From an uncultured Candidatus Saccharibacteria bacterium (GTDB taxonomy: Bacteria; Patescibacteriota; Saccharimonadia; Saccharimonadales; CAZLTB01), in the NCBI GenBank assembly GCA_964562505.1, contig CAZLTB010000003.1, positions 1 to 56,680 of the forward strand: 56,680 nucleotides of DNA. Reading direction: 5' to 3'. Each line of letters starts with the position of its first letter. The stretch's first letter is position 1. Below the pieces are notes generated by a model. The model made no database searches. It was not told where the DNA came from and saw only the letters and a program-made list of their open reading frames with translations. A program made the position numbers and the translations under genes. This document shows positions 7,924 to 17,235 of this stretch, piece after piece.

Positions 7924-9384
7924 ATGAACTATTACATAACCACTTCTATACCTTATGTTAACGGCGAGCCACATATCGGCCATGCGCTGGAGTTCGTCAT
8001 GGCAGATGTAGAGGCCAGGGCAGCTAGAGCTCAAGGTAAGCCGGTTATTTTTAGCACGGGTACTGACGAGCATGGCGGCAAAATTGCCGAAAAAGCTGCC
8101 GAACAGAAAATAAGTCCTAAACAATTCGCCGACAAACTTAGCCAGAATTTTAGAGATCTTACCAAAGCTTTAAATATCAGTAATGACAGATTTATAAGAA
8201 CGACCGATCCCGGACATGAGCAGAGAGCTCAGATGGTTTGGCAAGCGCTCAAAAAAGATATTTACAAAGGCAAATATACTGGCTGGTATTGTACGGGTGA
8301 CGAAGCTTTTTTCTCTGAAAAAGTGGTCAAGGCCAACGGTGGTGTTTGTCCAGAACACAATCGTCCTTATGAGCAAATTGAAGAAGAAAATTATTTCTTT
8401 CAGCTTAGTAAATATGCCCCTAAAATTCAGCATGCTATTGAGGACGGCTCGTTTCGTATTATACCCACTACGCGTAAACATGAAATTCTACATGTGTTGA
8501 AAGAAGGGCTGGAAGATATAAGTATCAGTCGCCCCAAAGACAAGATTTCTTGGGGAATTCCAGTCCCGGGTGATGATAAGCAGGTTATTTATGTTTGGTT
8601 TGAAGCGTTAATGAACTATATAACTGTGCTCGGCTACCCCGAACACCAAGACTTTAAGAAATTCTGGCCGGCTAATCTACAGGTTATAGGTAAAGACATT
8701 TTACGTTTCCACGCCGCAATTTGGCCGGGTATATTACTTGGTCTTGGGCTGCCCTTGCCGAAAGCTCTATTTGTCCACGGCTTTATAACCATTAACGGTC
8801 AGAAAATGAGCAAGTCACTTGGCAATTATGTGACGCCTAAAGAGATACTCGATCACTACGGAACTGACGGGCTTCGCTACTTTTTCTTAAGACATATTCC
8901 TTCCTATGAAGACGGTGATTTCAGCTGGCAAAGACTACACGATGCTTATAATAGCGAGCTAGCCAATGAACTTGGTAATGCGGTTCAGCGTACCTCGGCA
9001 ATGATCAGGCAATATGAAGACGGATTGATTGGTCCTATTCCACCGGCAGAGCATGACACGGCCGCTTATAATGAAGCACTTGAAAATTGCCGATTTGACA
9101 GAGCTCTTGATGAAGTCTGGGAACAAGTCCGCGGACTAAACCAGTACATCGATGAGCAAAAACCCTGGGAAATCTACAAAAAAGGTGAAAAGGATCACTT
9201 ACAGGATGTCCTTGCTTATCAGGTGAGCTGCCTGATGGAAATAGCCGATCTATTAATGCCTTTCCTGCCAGAAACTGCGGCGAAAATTCAACACGTTTTT
9301 GCTGATGGTATAGTGAGGCCCACAGAAGGTACTCTATTTCCGAAGAAAGAGACTACTCCCGCTTCTAATCCATCTTCCAAATAA
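7924..9384 (+). CDS. metG: Methionyl-tRNA synthetase (minimal form, no C-terminal tRNA-binding domain)
   Basis: It has HIGH (PHIGHALE) and KMSKS (QKMSKSLGN) motifs. The start is set at MNYYITTSIPYVNG because TGtTATAAT (7906-7914) lies inside the longer ORF-track frame. Confidence 0.9.
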   Translation: MNYYITTSIPYVNGEPHIGHALEFVMADVEARAARAQGKPVIFSTGTDEHGGKIAEKAAEQKISPKQFADKLSQNFRDLTKALNISNDRFIRTTDPGHEQRAQMVWQALKKDIYKGKYTGWYCTGDEAFFSEKVVKANGGVCPEHNRPYEQIEEENYFFQLSKYAPKIQHAIEDGSFRIIPTTRKHEILHVLKEGLEDISISRPKDKISWGIPVPGDDKQVIYVWFEALMNYITVLGYPEHQDFKKFWPANLQVIGKDILRFHAAIWPGILLGLGLPLPKALFVHGFITINGQKMSKSLGNYVTPKEILDHYGTDGLRYFFLRHIPSYEDGDFSWQRLHDAYNSELANELGNAVQRTSAMIRQYEDGLIGPIPPAEHDTAAYNEALENCRFDRALDEVWEQVRGLNQYIDEQKPWEIYKKGEKDHLQDVLAYQVSCLMEIADLLMPFLPETAAKIQHVFADGIVRPTEGTLFPKKETTPASNPSSK

Positions 9385-9543
9385 CCCTACCTTAGGCTTC
9401 TAAGCGTCTGATATATAACCCAGCGCGTGAACCATGGCAACCGGGTATAAGGTACGCTCTCCCAAAACATCCTGGCTCTCTCTGCTCTACTCAATTCAGG
9501 CGTTAAAAGATAAGGAACGTTAACATCGCCAAATGGTGTATGC

Positions 9544-9801
9544 TCATATGTTTTCATGGTATTTTCTCCTCAGGGTTAGATCAAATACCGCGGCTATTCC
9601 TTCTCGAACTTGTTCTACCAAGTATAGCTTTACTCCAGTTTGGCCTATTTGTCGGGGATATATTTCTGGAACAGGAGTAAATTCCTCTGTGTCGTCATAC
9701 CTAACTACACTATAAGGGTCGAACAGGGCAGACAAACTGGCTTCAAACTCAGCATAATCATGCGCCTGGAAATTTCCTGGCTCTTCCTCATTTTCTTCCA
9801 T
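9544..9801 (-). CDS. Small acidic hypothetical protein, 85 aa
   Basis: The start is set at MEENEEEPG..., preceded by the SD AAGGAGGG. The ORF-track start at 9870 falls inside the promoter. Confidence 0.6.
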   Translation of the reverse strand: MEENEEEPGNFQAHDYAEFEASLSALFDPYSVVRYDDTEEFTPVPEIYPRQIGQTGVKLYLVEQVREGIAAVFDLTLRRKYHENI

Positions 9802-9847
9802 AACTACCCTCCTTACTACTAATTGTATATTTAACACTAACAGTTTT

Positions 9848-9875
9848 ATTGTAACTCTACTTAGTGTCATGTCAA
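9848..9875 (-). promoter_or_regulatory. Consensus sigma70 promoter TTGACA-16-TACAAT driving 9544..9801
   Basis: On the minus strand this reads TTGACAtgacactaagtagagtTACAAT. Confidence 0.6.
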
Positions 9876-9955
9876 CACTATTTCAAATAGACATGTGGAT
9901 AAGTCTATTCATGCACGCTTTTCGCTGCTCGTTTAAACTTTGTTTCTAGATAAAT

Positions 9956-10639
9956 CTAGTCAAATTTAGTAGATAGAGATTCCAGACGACTGGCTTTGAA
10001 TTTATACAGTTTGGCTGGACGGTGAGCGCCCTCCATATGGAATTCATTTGTTGGCTTAGCAAGTTCAAGGTTCAAAAACTTCTTCCGGAAATTTCTCTTA
10101 TCAAGTTCACGACAAAGTACTGCTTCATAAGCGGACTGGAGTTGTGACAGGGTAAAGAGCTTGGGCAGTAGAGCAAAAGCGACATTCGTAGAAATAATTT
10201 TTGATTGAAGTCTTTTGTGAGCATAGTTAATGATCTCATCATGGTCATAAGCTAGATTTTTGGGTAGATTATTGACTGGGAAAAACTGGGGATTTTCAGT
10301 TGTGTGGCTGGCTTTTGGTATGAGGCTTTTGCCAAGCCCCATGTAGGTAACGGATATACAATGTCCGCGTGGATCCCGAGCTACCGTGTCAAATGTATAA
10401 AGCTGTTCTACATAGTCAAGCTTAGGCACGTCCAATCCACCCTTGGCCTTAAGTACTCTAGCCATGGCCTCATGAGTGGTTTCACCGACTGGATTATAGC
10501 CCCCGGGCAGAGCCCACATTCCTTTAAATGGTTCTCTAGCTCTCTGAATCAATAAAACGGCCAACTCATTTTCAATCAATTGAAAGATGACATTATCAAC
10601 AGACACACTAGGACCAACATACTCCGCAAGTTCAGTCAT
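9956..10639 (-). CDS. Nudix-fold protein with a C-terminal winged-helix domain (NrtR-like regulator) and a degenerate Nudix box
   Basis: 227 aa. GGYNPVGETTHEAMARVLKAKGG fits Gx5Ex7R, but REUxEE is replaced by RVLKAK. The C-terminal ~80 aa (LFTLSQLQSAYEAVLCRELDKRNFRKK) resemble the NrtR wHTH domain. Confidence 0.6.
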   Translation of the reverse strand: MTELAEYVGPSVSVDNVIFQLIENELAVLLIQRAREPFKGMWALPGGYNPVGETTHEAMARVLKAKGGLDVPKLDYVEQLYTFDTVARDPRGHCISVTYMGLGKSLIPKASHTTENPQFFPVNNLPKNLAYDHDEIINYAHKRLQSKIISTNVAFALLPKLFTLSQLQSAYEAVLCRELDKRNFRKKFLNLELAKPTNEFHMEGAHRPAKLYKFKASRLESLSTKFD

Positions 10640-10659
10640 AGCGTAGATACTACACTAAC

Positions 10660-10689
10660 TTACATTCACTGTCCAGAAAGTTGTAGAAT
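10660..10689 (+). promoter_or_regulatory. Promoter TTACAT-18-TAGAAT, 8 nt before the tatD ATG (leaderless)
   Basis: Read directly. No SD is present. Confidence 0.45.
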
Positions 10690-10697
10690 AACCTTGT

Positions 10698-11465
10698 ATG
10701 GAGTTTATAGACACACATTGTCATATACATTTTGCAGACTATGAACTGGATGCTGATGAAGTAATTGCTGCCGCCAAAAAGGATGATGTAGCTGGCATGA
10801 TCTGCGTCGGTTGTACATTGCAAGACAGCCAGGCAAGTATTGAAATGGCAGCTAAACACAGTGGAGTCTGGGCAAGTGTAGGGCTTCATCCCCACGAAGC
10901 TAAAAAATATGTAAACGACTCATTTAAATTGCAAAAATTTCGCGATTTGGTAGATAGCCCCAAGGTGGTAGCTATCGGCGAGTGCGGTTTGGATTATTAC
11001 TACGAGCATTCATCTAAAACTGATCAGCAAAAGCTATTAAGGCTTCAGCTTGATCTGGCCGCAGAGCACCATCTCCCTGTTATTTTTCACGTCAGAGATG
11101 CTTTCAGTGATTTTTGGCCTGTTTTTGATAGCTACAAAGACCTCAGGGGCGTGGTCCATAGCTTTAGTGCCGGAAGGCGTGAGCTTGATCAAATTCTGTC
11201 CAGAGATCTATACGTCGGGCTTAATGGCATAATGACTTTTACCAAAGACGACGAGCAGCTTGAGGCTGCCAAAGCATTACCGTTGCAAAAACTACTACTA
11301 GAAACCGACGCTCCCTTCTTGACCCCTGTTCCTTTTCGTGGTATGATCTGCGAGCCTAAGCATGTGCGAGTGACTGCCAGCTTTCTATCTGACTTACGGG
11401 GCGAGGGCCTCGAACAGTTAGCTGCGGCCTCAACGCAAAATGCGCGGGAATTATTCAACATATAA
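10698..11465 (+). CDS. tatD: TatD-family metal-dependent hydrolase/DNase
   Basis: It has FIDTHCHIHF, GECGLDYYY, VIFHVRDA, HSFS and ETDAPFLTP. Confidence 0.9.
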   Translation: MEFIDTHCHIHFADYELDADEVIAAAKKDDVAGMICVGCTLQDSQASIEMAAKHSGVWASVGLHPHEAKKYVNDSFKLQKFRDLVDSPKVVAIGECGLDYYYEHSSKTDQQKLLRLQLDLAAEHHLPVIFHVRDAFSDFWPVFDSYKDLRGVVHSFSAGRRELDQILSRDLYVGLNGIMTFTKDDEQLEAAKALPLQKLLLETDAPFLTPVPFRGMICEPKHVRVTASFLSDLRGEGLEQLAAASTQNARELFNI

Positions 11466-11473
11466 GGAGTTAT

Positions 11474-11848
11474 ATGGATTACAGCGACGGTAACGTCGAA
11501 AATTATCCTCAGGAGGACATGGGCGAGGCTATGAGCATTGCCTTTAGTCGTTATCAAGAGGTGCATAGCAACGCACTACAACTAGAAAACGTTTTCCTGT
11601 CCATATATGCTGGCCAACTGCCAAATACGGTAGACAACAATTTTCTTCAACCTAATACGTCTGATCTATCTCTGTACCCAGGTGTCTCAAGTTTTCCCGA
11701 ACAACCAGCACAGGCTACAACAACTCAATCCAATGTTTATCAGTTTACCAATCCGATTCCGGAATCTACTCCTGAATCTATTGCCCTAGAACAAATGGCC
11801 GAGAAAGCTCGTGGTGATATAGAACGCGCAGGGAACCAAGCGGCATGA
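11474..11848 (+). CDS. Hypothetical protein (124 aa)
   Basis: The SD AAGGAG precedes the start. It lies 8 nt after tatD, and its stop overlaps the next start (ATGA). Confidence 0.55.
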   Translation: MDYSDGNVENYPQEDMGEAMSIAFSRYQEVHSNALQLENVFLSIYAGQLPNTVDNNFLQPNTSDLSLYPGVSSFPEQPAQATTTQSNVYQFTNPIPESTPESIALEQMAEKARGDIERAGNQAA

Positions 11849-12213
11849 TTAAGAAGATATTAAATGGCATAATCGCTCAGAAACAAGCTGAAAGGCGGGC
11901 TGAACTATATCGGAATTTGATGCGACATGAGGCTAAAATTGGCGGGCGATTATTCGGTCCAGTTGAACCTGGGGCACGACGTGAATTTTTCTGTCTTGAC
12001 GAGCATACTTGGGTATGGCATGAGGAATGGACTGACAAACAAGGCCAACACCAGGTACGCACCACCAGGTATGATGTTCGTCCCAACGGAATTTTGAAAT
12101 CCCAGAATGGGCACTACACCCCTGTAAGTGCAAATGAAGCTAAACACTTACGCGACGCGGTGATTATGTATGATCAGCGTGTAAAACGCGAACTATATCC
12201 TTTTGTAGGGTAA
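11845..12213 (+). CDS. Hypothetical protein (122 aa)
   Basis: It is translationally coupled to the preceding ORF by an ATGA overlap. It contains FFCLDEHTWVWHEEW. Confidence 0.55.
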   Translation: MIKKILNGIIAQKQAERRAELYRNLMRHEAKIGGRLFGPVEPGARREFFCLDEHTWVWHEEWTDKQGQHQVRTTRYDVRPNGILKSQNGHYTPVSANEAKHLRDAVIMYDQRVKRELYPFVG

Positions 12214-12315
12214 TGAGACAAACCCAAGGTTTTTCTCATAGTCGCTTTGGAAATAAATTCCAATTCGCAAAAGCGAATCGCTCCTTCTCTTTTCCCTTAT
12301 AATCAATCTTGAGTT

Positions 12316-13470
12316 ATGAAGAAGATTTATTTAGATTATGCTGCTGCTACGCCCATGGATAGTCGGGTGCTTGATGTAATGCAGCCTTACTTCAAGGAAC
12401 GCTTTTACAATCCATCAGCACTTTATCTGGATGCCAGATCGGCCGCTAATGATATTGCCGATGCCAGAAGCCGGGTTGCCGGATGGCTTGGTGCTAGACC
12501 AGGAGAAATTATATTTACCGCAGGTGGTACAGAAGCTAACAATCTGGCACTTTTTGGTACGATAATTCGACAAGAGAAAACTCACATTGTCAGCACGGCA
12601 ATTGAGCACGAATCAGTTATTAAGCCGCTCAAATATCAGAAGAAACACGGCTGGGACTACACGTTGGTTAAACCAAAACCAGATGGTCAGGTTAATCCTG
12701 ATGACATAGCAAAAGCCGTAACTGATAAAACGGTCTTAGTAAGCATTATCTATGCCAATAATGAAATCGGCACTATCGAGCCTTTGAAGAAGATTAGTGA
12801 GCTCCTAGCAGACTTAAGAAAAACTCGTGAAGCAAAAGGGAATAATACACCACTTTACTTCCACACAGACGCGTGTCAGGCTGGCAACTACTTAGACCTT
12901 CATGTTCATAGGCTTGGTTTAGATCTCATGACCCTAAACGGGGGAAAAATATATGGCCCCAAGCAAAGCGGTGTTTTGTTCAAAGACGCCTCTGTTAAAT
13001 TAGATCCGATAATCCTTGGAGGTGGCCAGGAATTTGGTTATCGCAGTGGCACTGAAAATGTACCGGCAATAATGGGATTCGCCGAAGCGCTTGATATAGC
13101 CCAGAACAGTCGCTCTCGGGAAAGTGACAGACTAAAGGCCTTGCAGGCAATATTTATTGATCAGTTGAAGAAGAAAATACCAAAAGTCCAGATCAACGGT
13201 TCACTTAAACACAGACTACCTAATAATGTTCATATAACCATACCTGATCAAGACAATGAACGCTTGGTCATGGCCTTAGACGAAAAAGGCATACAATGTG
13301 CATCTGGATCAGCCTGTAGCGCAAGCAAGGACGACCCATCTCATGTTCTTAGGGCAATTGGACTGTCTAGCGAAGCGTCAAGAAGCAGTCTACGCTTTAG
13401 TATGGGGCGGTTTACAGACGAAGAAGCAATAAACTACACGGTCAAAACACTAGAGAAACTAGTTGCCTGA
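12316..13470 (+). CDS. Cysteine desulfurase (class V aminotransferase, NifS/IscS-like)
   Basis: 384 aa. It has GGTEANNLA, HTDACQAG, a PLP-Lys region LNGGKIYGPKQSG and an active-site loop ASGSACSAS. Confidence 0.85.
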   Translation: MKKIYLDYAAATPMDSRVLDVMQPYFKERFYNPSALYLDARSAANDIADARSRVAGWLGARPGEIIFTAGGTEANNLALFGTIIRQEKTHIVSTAIEHESVIKPLKYQKKHGWDYTLVKPKPDGQVNPDDIAKAVTDKTVLVSIIYANNEIGTIEPLKKISELLADLRKTREAKGNNTPLYFHTDACQAGNYLDLHVHRLGLDLMTLNGGKIYGPKQSGVLFKDASVKLDPIILGGGQEFGYRSGTENVPAIMGFAEALDIAQNSRSRESDRLKALQAIFIDQLKKKIPKVQINGSLKHRLPNNVHITIPDQDNERLVMALDEKGIQCASGSACSASKDDPSHVLRAIGLSSEASRSSLRFSMGRFTDEEAINYTVKTLEKLVA

Positions 13471-13507
13471 AACAGTAGTTACGATATACTGTTAAAGGTT
13501 AAGCACA

Positions 13508-13693
13508 ATGAACAACACAAAAATTAAACAATTTATTACAAAAAGGCGATTATTAACCCTCACTGTACTAGGTCTCTTGATCACACTTAGTATCGTCCAA
13601 CCGGTTGGCGCAACAGCTAACTCTCGTAGTCATAACACTTCTGATCATTTTAATTACAGATCTTTTGGGTTATATTTACTACTAAAGTTATAG
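13508..13693 (+). CDS. Possible small single-TM protein upstream of the ATPase genes
   Basis: 61-aa ORF with a TATACT -10 at 13485-13490 and a weak SD. It has one hydrophobic segment and is not c-subunit-like. Confidence 0.3.
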   Translation: MNNTKIKQFITKRRLLTLTVLGLLITLSIVQPVGATANSRSHNTSDHFNYRSFGLYLLLKL

Positions 13694-13723
13694 ACATTAA
13701 CGTTAAGAGGTGGTGGGCATAGC

Positions 13724-14344
13724 GTGAACGCTTTCGAGTTAGCACTAATCTTAGGAAGTATTGCGGCTATGACCTCAGGCTTTATATGGTTAGCTAGCCG
13801 TATCTCAAAAGGCTCTAGCTCTATCGATGACATTACAGATACCTACGGCTCTAAAGCCGAAAAAGATGTAGAGCATATATTCAATGAGGAGTTCCGAGAG
13901 GAGCTTCGTAACAGAGGCAGACTGCACTTCGAAAATATTATCGGTGAAAACGCCATGTTTTTGCAGCAGGATCTGCGTCTGACTACTTCTCAGCTAAATG
14001 AGTACATGAAAACAGAGATTACCAAAAAACTGAAAGAAGAATTTGCCAAATATGAAGAATCAATAATGGATGCTAAGCAACTGGCTATTGATTCTATAAA
14101 TAAAACTCAGACAGCTCTTGACCAACAGCGCCAAACGATGAGCCAGCAATTAATAGAAGAAGTCAGTAAAGAAAAAGCAAGACTTATAAAACAATTTGAA
14201 GAAAATATGGCAGACATTATAAATCACTATGTCTTGACTGCTATTGGTGACCAGATCGATCTAAGCGATCAGTTGGAGTATATCTTATCTGATCTAGAGT
14301 CGGAAAAAGAAGCGATAATCCGGGATATCAGTGATGGCGCATGA
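13724..14344 (+). CDS. atpF: F-type ATPase subunit b-like peripheral-stalk protein
   Basis: GTG start after GAGGTGG. It has one N-terminal TM followed by a long charged coiled coil, and it sits directly before the delta gene. Confidence 0.6.
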   Translation: MNAFELALILGSIAAMTSGFIWLASRISKGSSSIDDITDTYGSKAEKDVEHIFNEEFREELRNRGRLHFENIIGENAMFLQQDLRLTTSQLNEYMKTEITKKLKEEFAKYEESIMDAKQLAIDSINKTQTALDQQRQTMSQQLIEEVSKEKARLIKQFEENMADIINHYVLTAIGDQIDLSDQLEYILSDLESEKEAIIRDISDGA

Positions 14345-14876
14345 GAAGAACCGGGATTTATTGTTGCCAGTCAGCATAGCAAGTCACACAGATTTAAGCC
14401 GAGTGCTGCGTGAGGCTAAAGCCCTGGACGATTCACTCCACCAGGCCACAATTAGACGTTCAAAGGATTCTCACTTGCTACCTTCAATGAGTCGGATGCT
14501 CCAAGACGTAGTTGACGTCAATAAGCTTGATTTGGTCAAGTCTGGCACCAGAACGGAGCTTATTAGCTTTCTGGATAAGGTCCAAAGCAGCGCACCAGTA
14601 CTTCATTTCAGCTTTAGTGCTGATCCTTCGCCGGCTTTTACTGCAAAGTTAATGACATGGCTACGCAAAGAAATTCATCCTTTAGTGCTAATACAGGTTG
14701 GCTTGCAACCTTATATAGGTGCCGGCTGCTTGCTTCGCACAACCAACAAACAGTTTGATTTCAGTCTGCGCGAAAACTTTAAAAAAAGACGCGACCAATT
14801 GATTTCCAGTCTTGAAGATTTGCCACACAAAGCCGCTAATCCCCACGCTGCCAAGCAGGCAAAGGCAGCCTCATGA
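14331..14876 (+). CDS. atpH: F-type ATPase subunit delta (OSCP)-like
   Basis: 181 aa. It overlaps the b-like gene by 14 nt. The C-terminal IGAGCLLRTTNKQFDFSLRENF resembles the delta motif IGG..I.IGD..+D.S+R. The position is canonical. Confidence 0.6.
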   Translation: MMAHEKNRDLLLPVSIASHTDLSRVLREAKALDDSLHQATIRRSKDSHLLPSMSRMLQDVVDVNKLDLVKSGTRTELISFLDKVQSSAPVLHFSFSADPSPAFTAKLMTWLRKEIHPLVLIQVGLQPYIGAGCLLRTTNKQFDFSLRENFKKRRDQLISSLEDLPHKAANPHAAKQAKAAS

Positions 14877-16369
14877 GCGGTAAGCATTTTGATCAGCTAG
14901 TTACTTTGGGTAAACCAGTAGGCGAAGTCATAGCTGTCAATAAGTTCATGATAAAAATAAGCGGGCTACAACCCTGCAGGCTTCATGCGCTTGTTATGTT
15001 TGAAGATGGTAGTAAAGGTTTTGTTCATCAGATAAGCTCTGATCATGTTGTTGTGCTTCATCTAGGGACGCAGCCGCCACTAATTGGCGATGTGGTGGTT
15101 GTCCAGCACGAAGATCTGGTTTGCAAAGTTGGCAAGGATTATATAGGCAGAGTTGTGTCGGTTACTGGCGACCCTTTGGATGGCAAGGGTCCTATTGCTG
15201 CCGATGCTGTCTGGCCAGTTTTTAATAAGGCAGCTTCGATTTATGAGCGTAAACTACTAAGTGATCAGCTGGAAACAGGAGTCACACTCATTGACTCGCT
15301 TTTTCCAATCGTGCGCGGACAGCGCATGGCCTTACTGGGAGATAATAAATCAGGCAAAAGTACACTAGTTACACAGCTAGCTATTAATCAGAAAAATACC
15401 GACCAAATTGTTATCTATGCCTTAATCGCCAAGAGACGCAGTGATGTTGATGCGCTTTTGTCGCGCCTAGAACAAAACGGCGGTCTTGATAAAGCAATTG
15501 TCGTGGTGTCGACTATGTTCGAGTCGCTAGTTATGAGTTATATAGCACCATATGTTGCTTGCTCCATGGCTGAATACATTTGGCAACGCTTAAACCAAGA
15601 CGCTATTATCATTTATGACGATCTCACCAGCCACGCCCATACATATCGTGAAATTGCTCTGTTGTCTGGCGTTAGTCCTGGCCGTGATTCATACCCAGGA
15701 GATATGTTCTATGCTCATTCCAGCCTACTTGAAAGGGCCGGTCGTCTTGATAAAACAGGTAGACATTTGACGTCCGTACCGTTAGTTAATGCCGCTGGTG
15801 GGGACATAACAGCTTTCTTGCCCACTAACATCATGTCAATTTCCGATGGCCAATGGATCCTGGACATGAATACCTTTAGAAGCGGCATTAGACCGGCCAT
15901 TAGTATGGGGCTCTCTGTCACAAGGGCCGGTGGTCTAGGGCACAACCAGCGTCAAAAGGCATTGGCTGCCCAAGCTCTAAGAGTCCTGGCGGATTACCGG
16001 GAAGCTGAAGAATTTTCTCATTTTGGTTCAGATCTGGCCCTGGAAGCCAGAAAGGCGCTCGAGACTGGTAAACGCATACTAGAGCTTGTAACCCAAAGTC
16101 CTTCTGACACCTTTTCGCTTATGTCACAACAACTGATGCTAGACATTGTCTTAAATGCACCTCAGGGAAGTAGCCCCGATATTAACCTATTGAAACTTAA
16201 TGTTAATGACTATGCTGCTCGAGTAAAGAGCGACGATGATTATGAGGAAATCCGAAGGGAACTACTGTCTAAGGTTGTGCCTGAACTATTGCCGTATGAC
16301 AATGCTGTACCGGAAACTGATTCACAGGGTAAACAAGAGGATGCCAATGGCGAAGGAGCAAAGTCGTGA
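14873..16369 (+). CDS. atpA: F1 ATPase subunit alpha (divergent)
   Basis: 498 aa. It has the Walker A motif GDNKSGKS, and also IIYDDLTSHAHTYREIALL and PGRDSYPGDMFYAHSSLLERAG. An ATGA overlap links it to delta. Confidence 0.85.
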   Translation: MSGKHFDQLVTLGKPVGEVIAVNKFMIKISGLQPCRLHALVMFEDGSKGFVHQISSDHVVVLHLGTQPPLIGDVVVVQHEDLVCKVGKDYIGRVVSVTGDPLDGKGPIAADAVWPVFNKAASIYERKLLSDQLETGVTLIDSLFPIVRGQRMALLGDNKSGKSTLVTQLAINQKNTDQIVIYALIAKRRSDVDALLSRLEQNGGLDKAIVVVSTMFESLVMSYIAPYVACSMAEYIWQRLNQDAIIIYDDLTSHAHTYREIALLSGVSPGRDSYPGDMFYAHSSLLERAGRLDKTGRHLTSVPLVNAAGGDITAFLPTNIMSISDGQWILDMNTFRSGIRPAISMGLSVTRAGGLGHNQRQKALAAQALRVLADYREAEEFSHFGSDLALEARKALETGKRILELVTQSPSDTFSLMSQQLMLDIVLNAPQGSSPDINLLKLNVNDYAARVKSDDDYEEIRRELLSKVVPELLPYDNAVPETDSQGKQEDANGEGAKS

Positions 16370-17235
16370 TAAGGCTGCGTGAGATCGAAAAAGAGGAAGC
16401 GGCTATGAATACTTTGGCGGAACTGACCAGTGTTTTTGAGGGTATCGCTAGCATGCGTATAGCGCAGATTAAAAACCAGGTGCTGCATTCAACCAGTTTT
16501 TTTAGGGAACTCTGGAATATTTACTCGCAGCTCAGAGTTGATAATGACTATTTTGGCTTTGGCCGCAATAACAAAGAAGATGTAAAGATAATAGACAAAG
16601 AACTCTACATCCTAATAACCGCTGAGGGCGGACTTAGTGGCGATATTGACCAGAAGCTCATACAAATGGTGCTTAAAACTTATGATAAGGCAAAAAACGA
16701 AATAATTGTCATCGGTCATCATGGTGCCATACAGCTAGCTCAAGCAGGTATCCCATATAAGAAATATTTTAAATTGCCAGCTAATGATCGGAACATAAAT
16801 GTAGAACCCATAACCCGAGAAGTACAGCAATACAAGACAACCAGCGTTTTTTATCAAGAATATATATCGTTGATGGTGCAAGATGTCAGGAGAATAGAGC
16901 TATCCAGAGTTGTACAACAGAAGGGAAATACTGTTGAAGGTAACGACGAAATAATTAGTGAATTGAACTACATTTTTGAGCCTAGTACTTATGACGTCGT
17001 AGATCACCTAGAAAACTCTATGATGCAAATTGCGATCAGCCAATTAATTCTGGATTCCAAGCTTGCACAATATGCTTCTAGGTTTAGAGCCATGTCGGCC
17101 TCGCACGACAAGGCGGATGAAACAAGGACTGATCTCCACACCAGCTATAACCGAATAAAGCGCTCTGTTAATGACGAACGTTTGAAAGAGATTATTAACG
17201 GCTTACAGAAAGCCAAATTAAGGATGGCGCCATGA
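16366..17235 (+). CDS. atpG: F1 ATPase subunit gamma (divergent)
   Basis: 289 aa. It starts at a GTGA overlap with alpha. The size, position and N/C-terminal helices (LREIEKEE...; ...RLKEIINGL) fit gamma. Confidence 0.7.
   Translation: MIRLREIEKEEAAMNTLAELTSVFEGIASMRIAQIKNQVLHSTSFFRELWNIYSQLRVDNDYFGFGRNNKEDVKIIDKELYILITAEGGLSGDIDQKLIQMVLKTYDKAKNEIIVIGHHGAIQLAQAGIPYKKYFKLPANDRNINVEPITREVQQYKTTSVFYQEYISLMVQDVRRIELSRVVQQKGNTVEGNDEIISELNYIFEPSTYDVVDHLENSMMQIAISQLILDSKLAQYASRFRAMSASHDKADETRTDLHTSYNRIKRSVNDERLKEIINGLQKAKLRMAP

Noticed and set aside
9385-9543. Possible SRP/4.5S or other small RNA, or a 27-29-aa ORF, in the convergent gap after metG.
   Set aside because: It has no GGAA-tetraloop / AGCA domain-IV motif, no convincing hairpin and no SD for the tiny ORFs.
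13508-13693. Considered as the missing ATPase c subunit (atpE) or an atpI-like gene.
   Set aside because: It has only one hydrophobic segment, no GxGxGxG helix-1 motif and no helix-2 carboxylate. It is kept only as a low-confidence small ORF.
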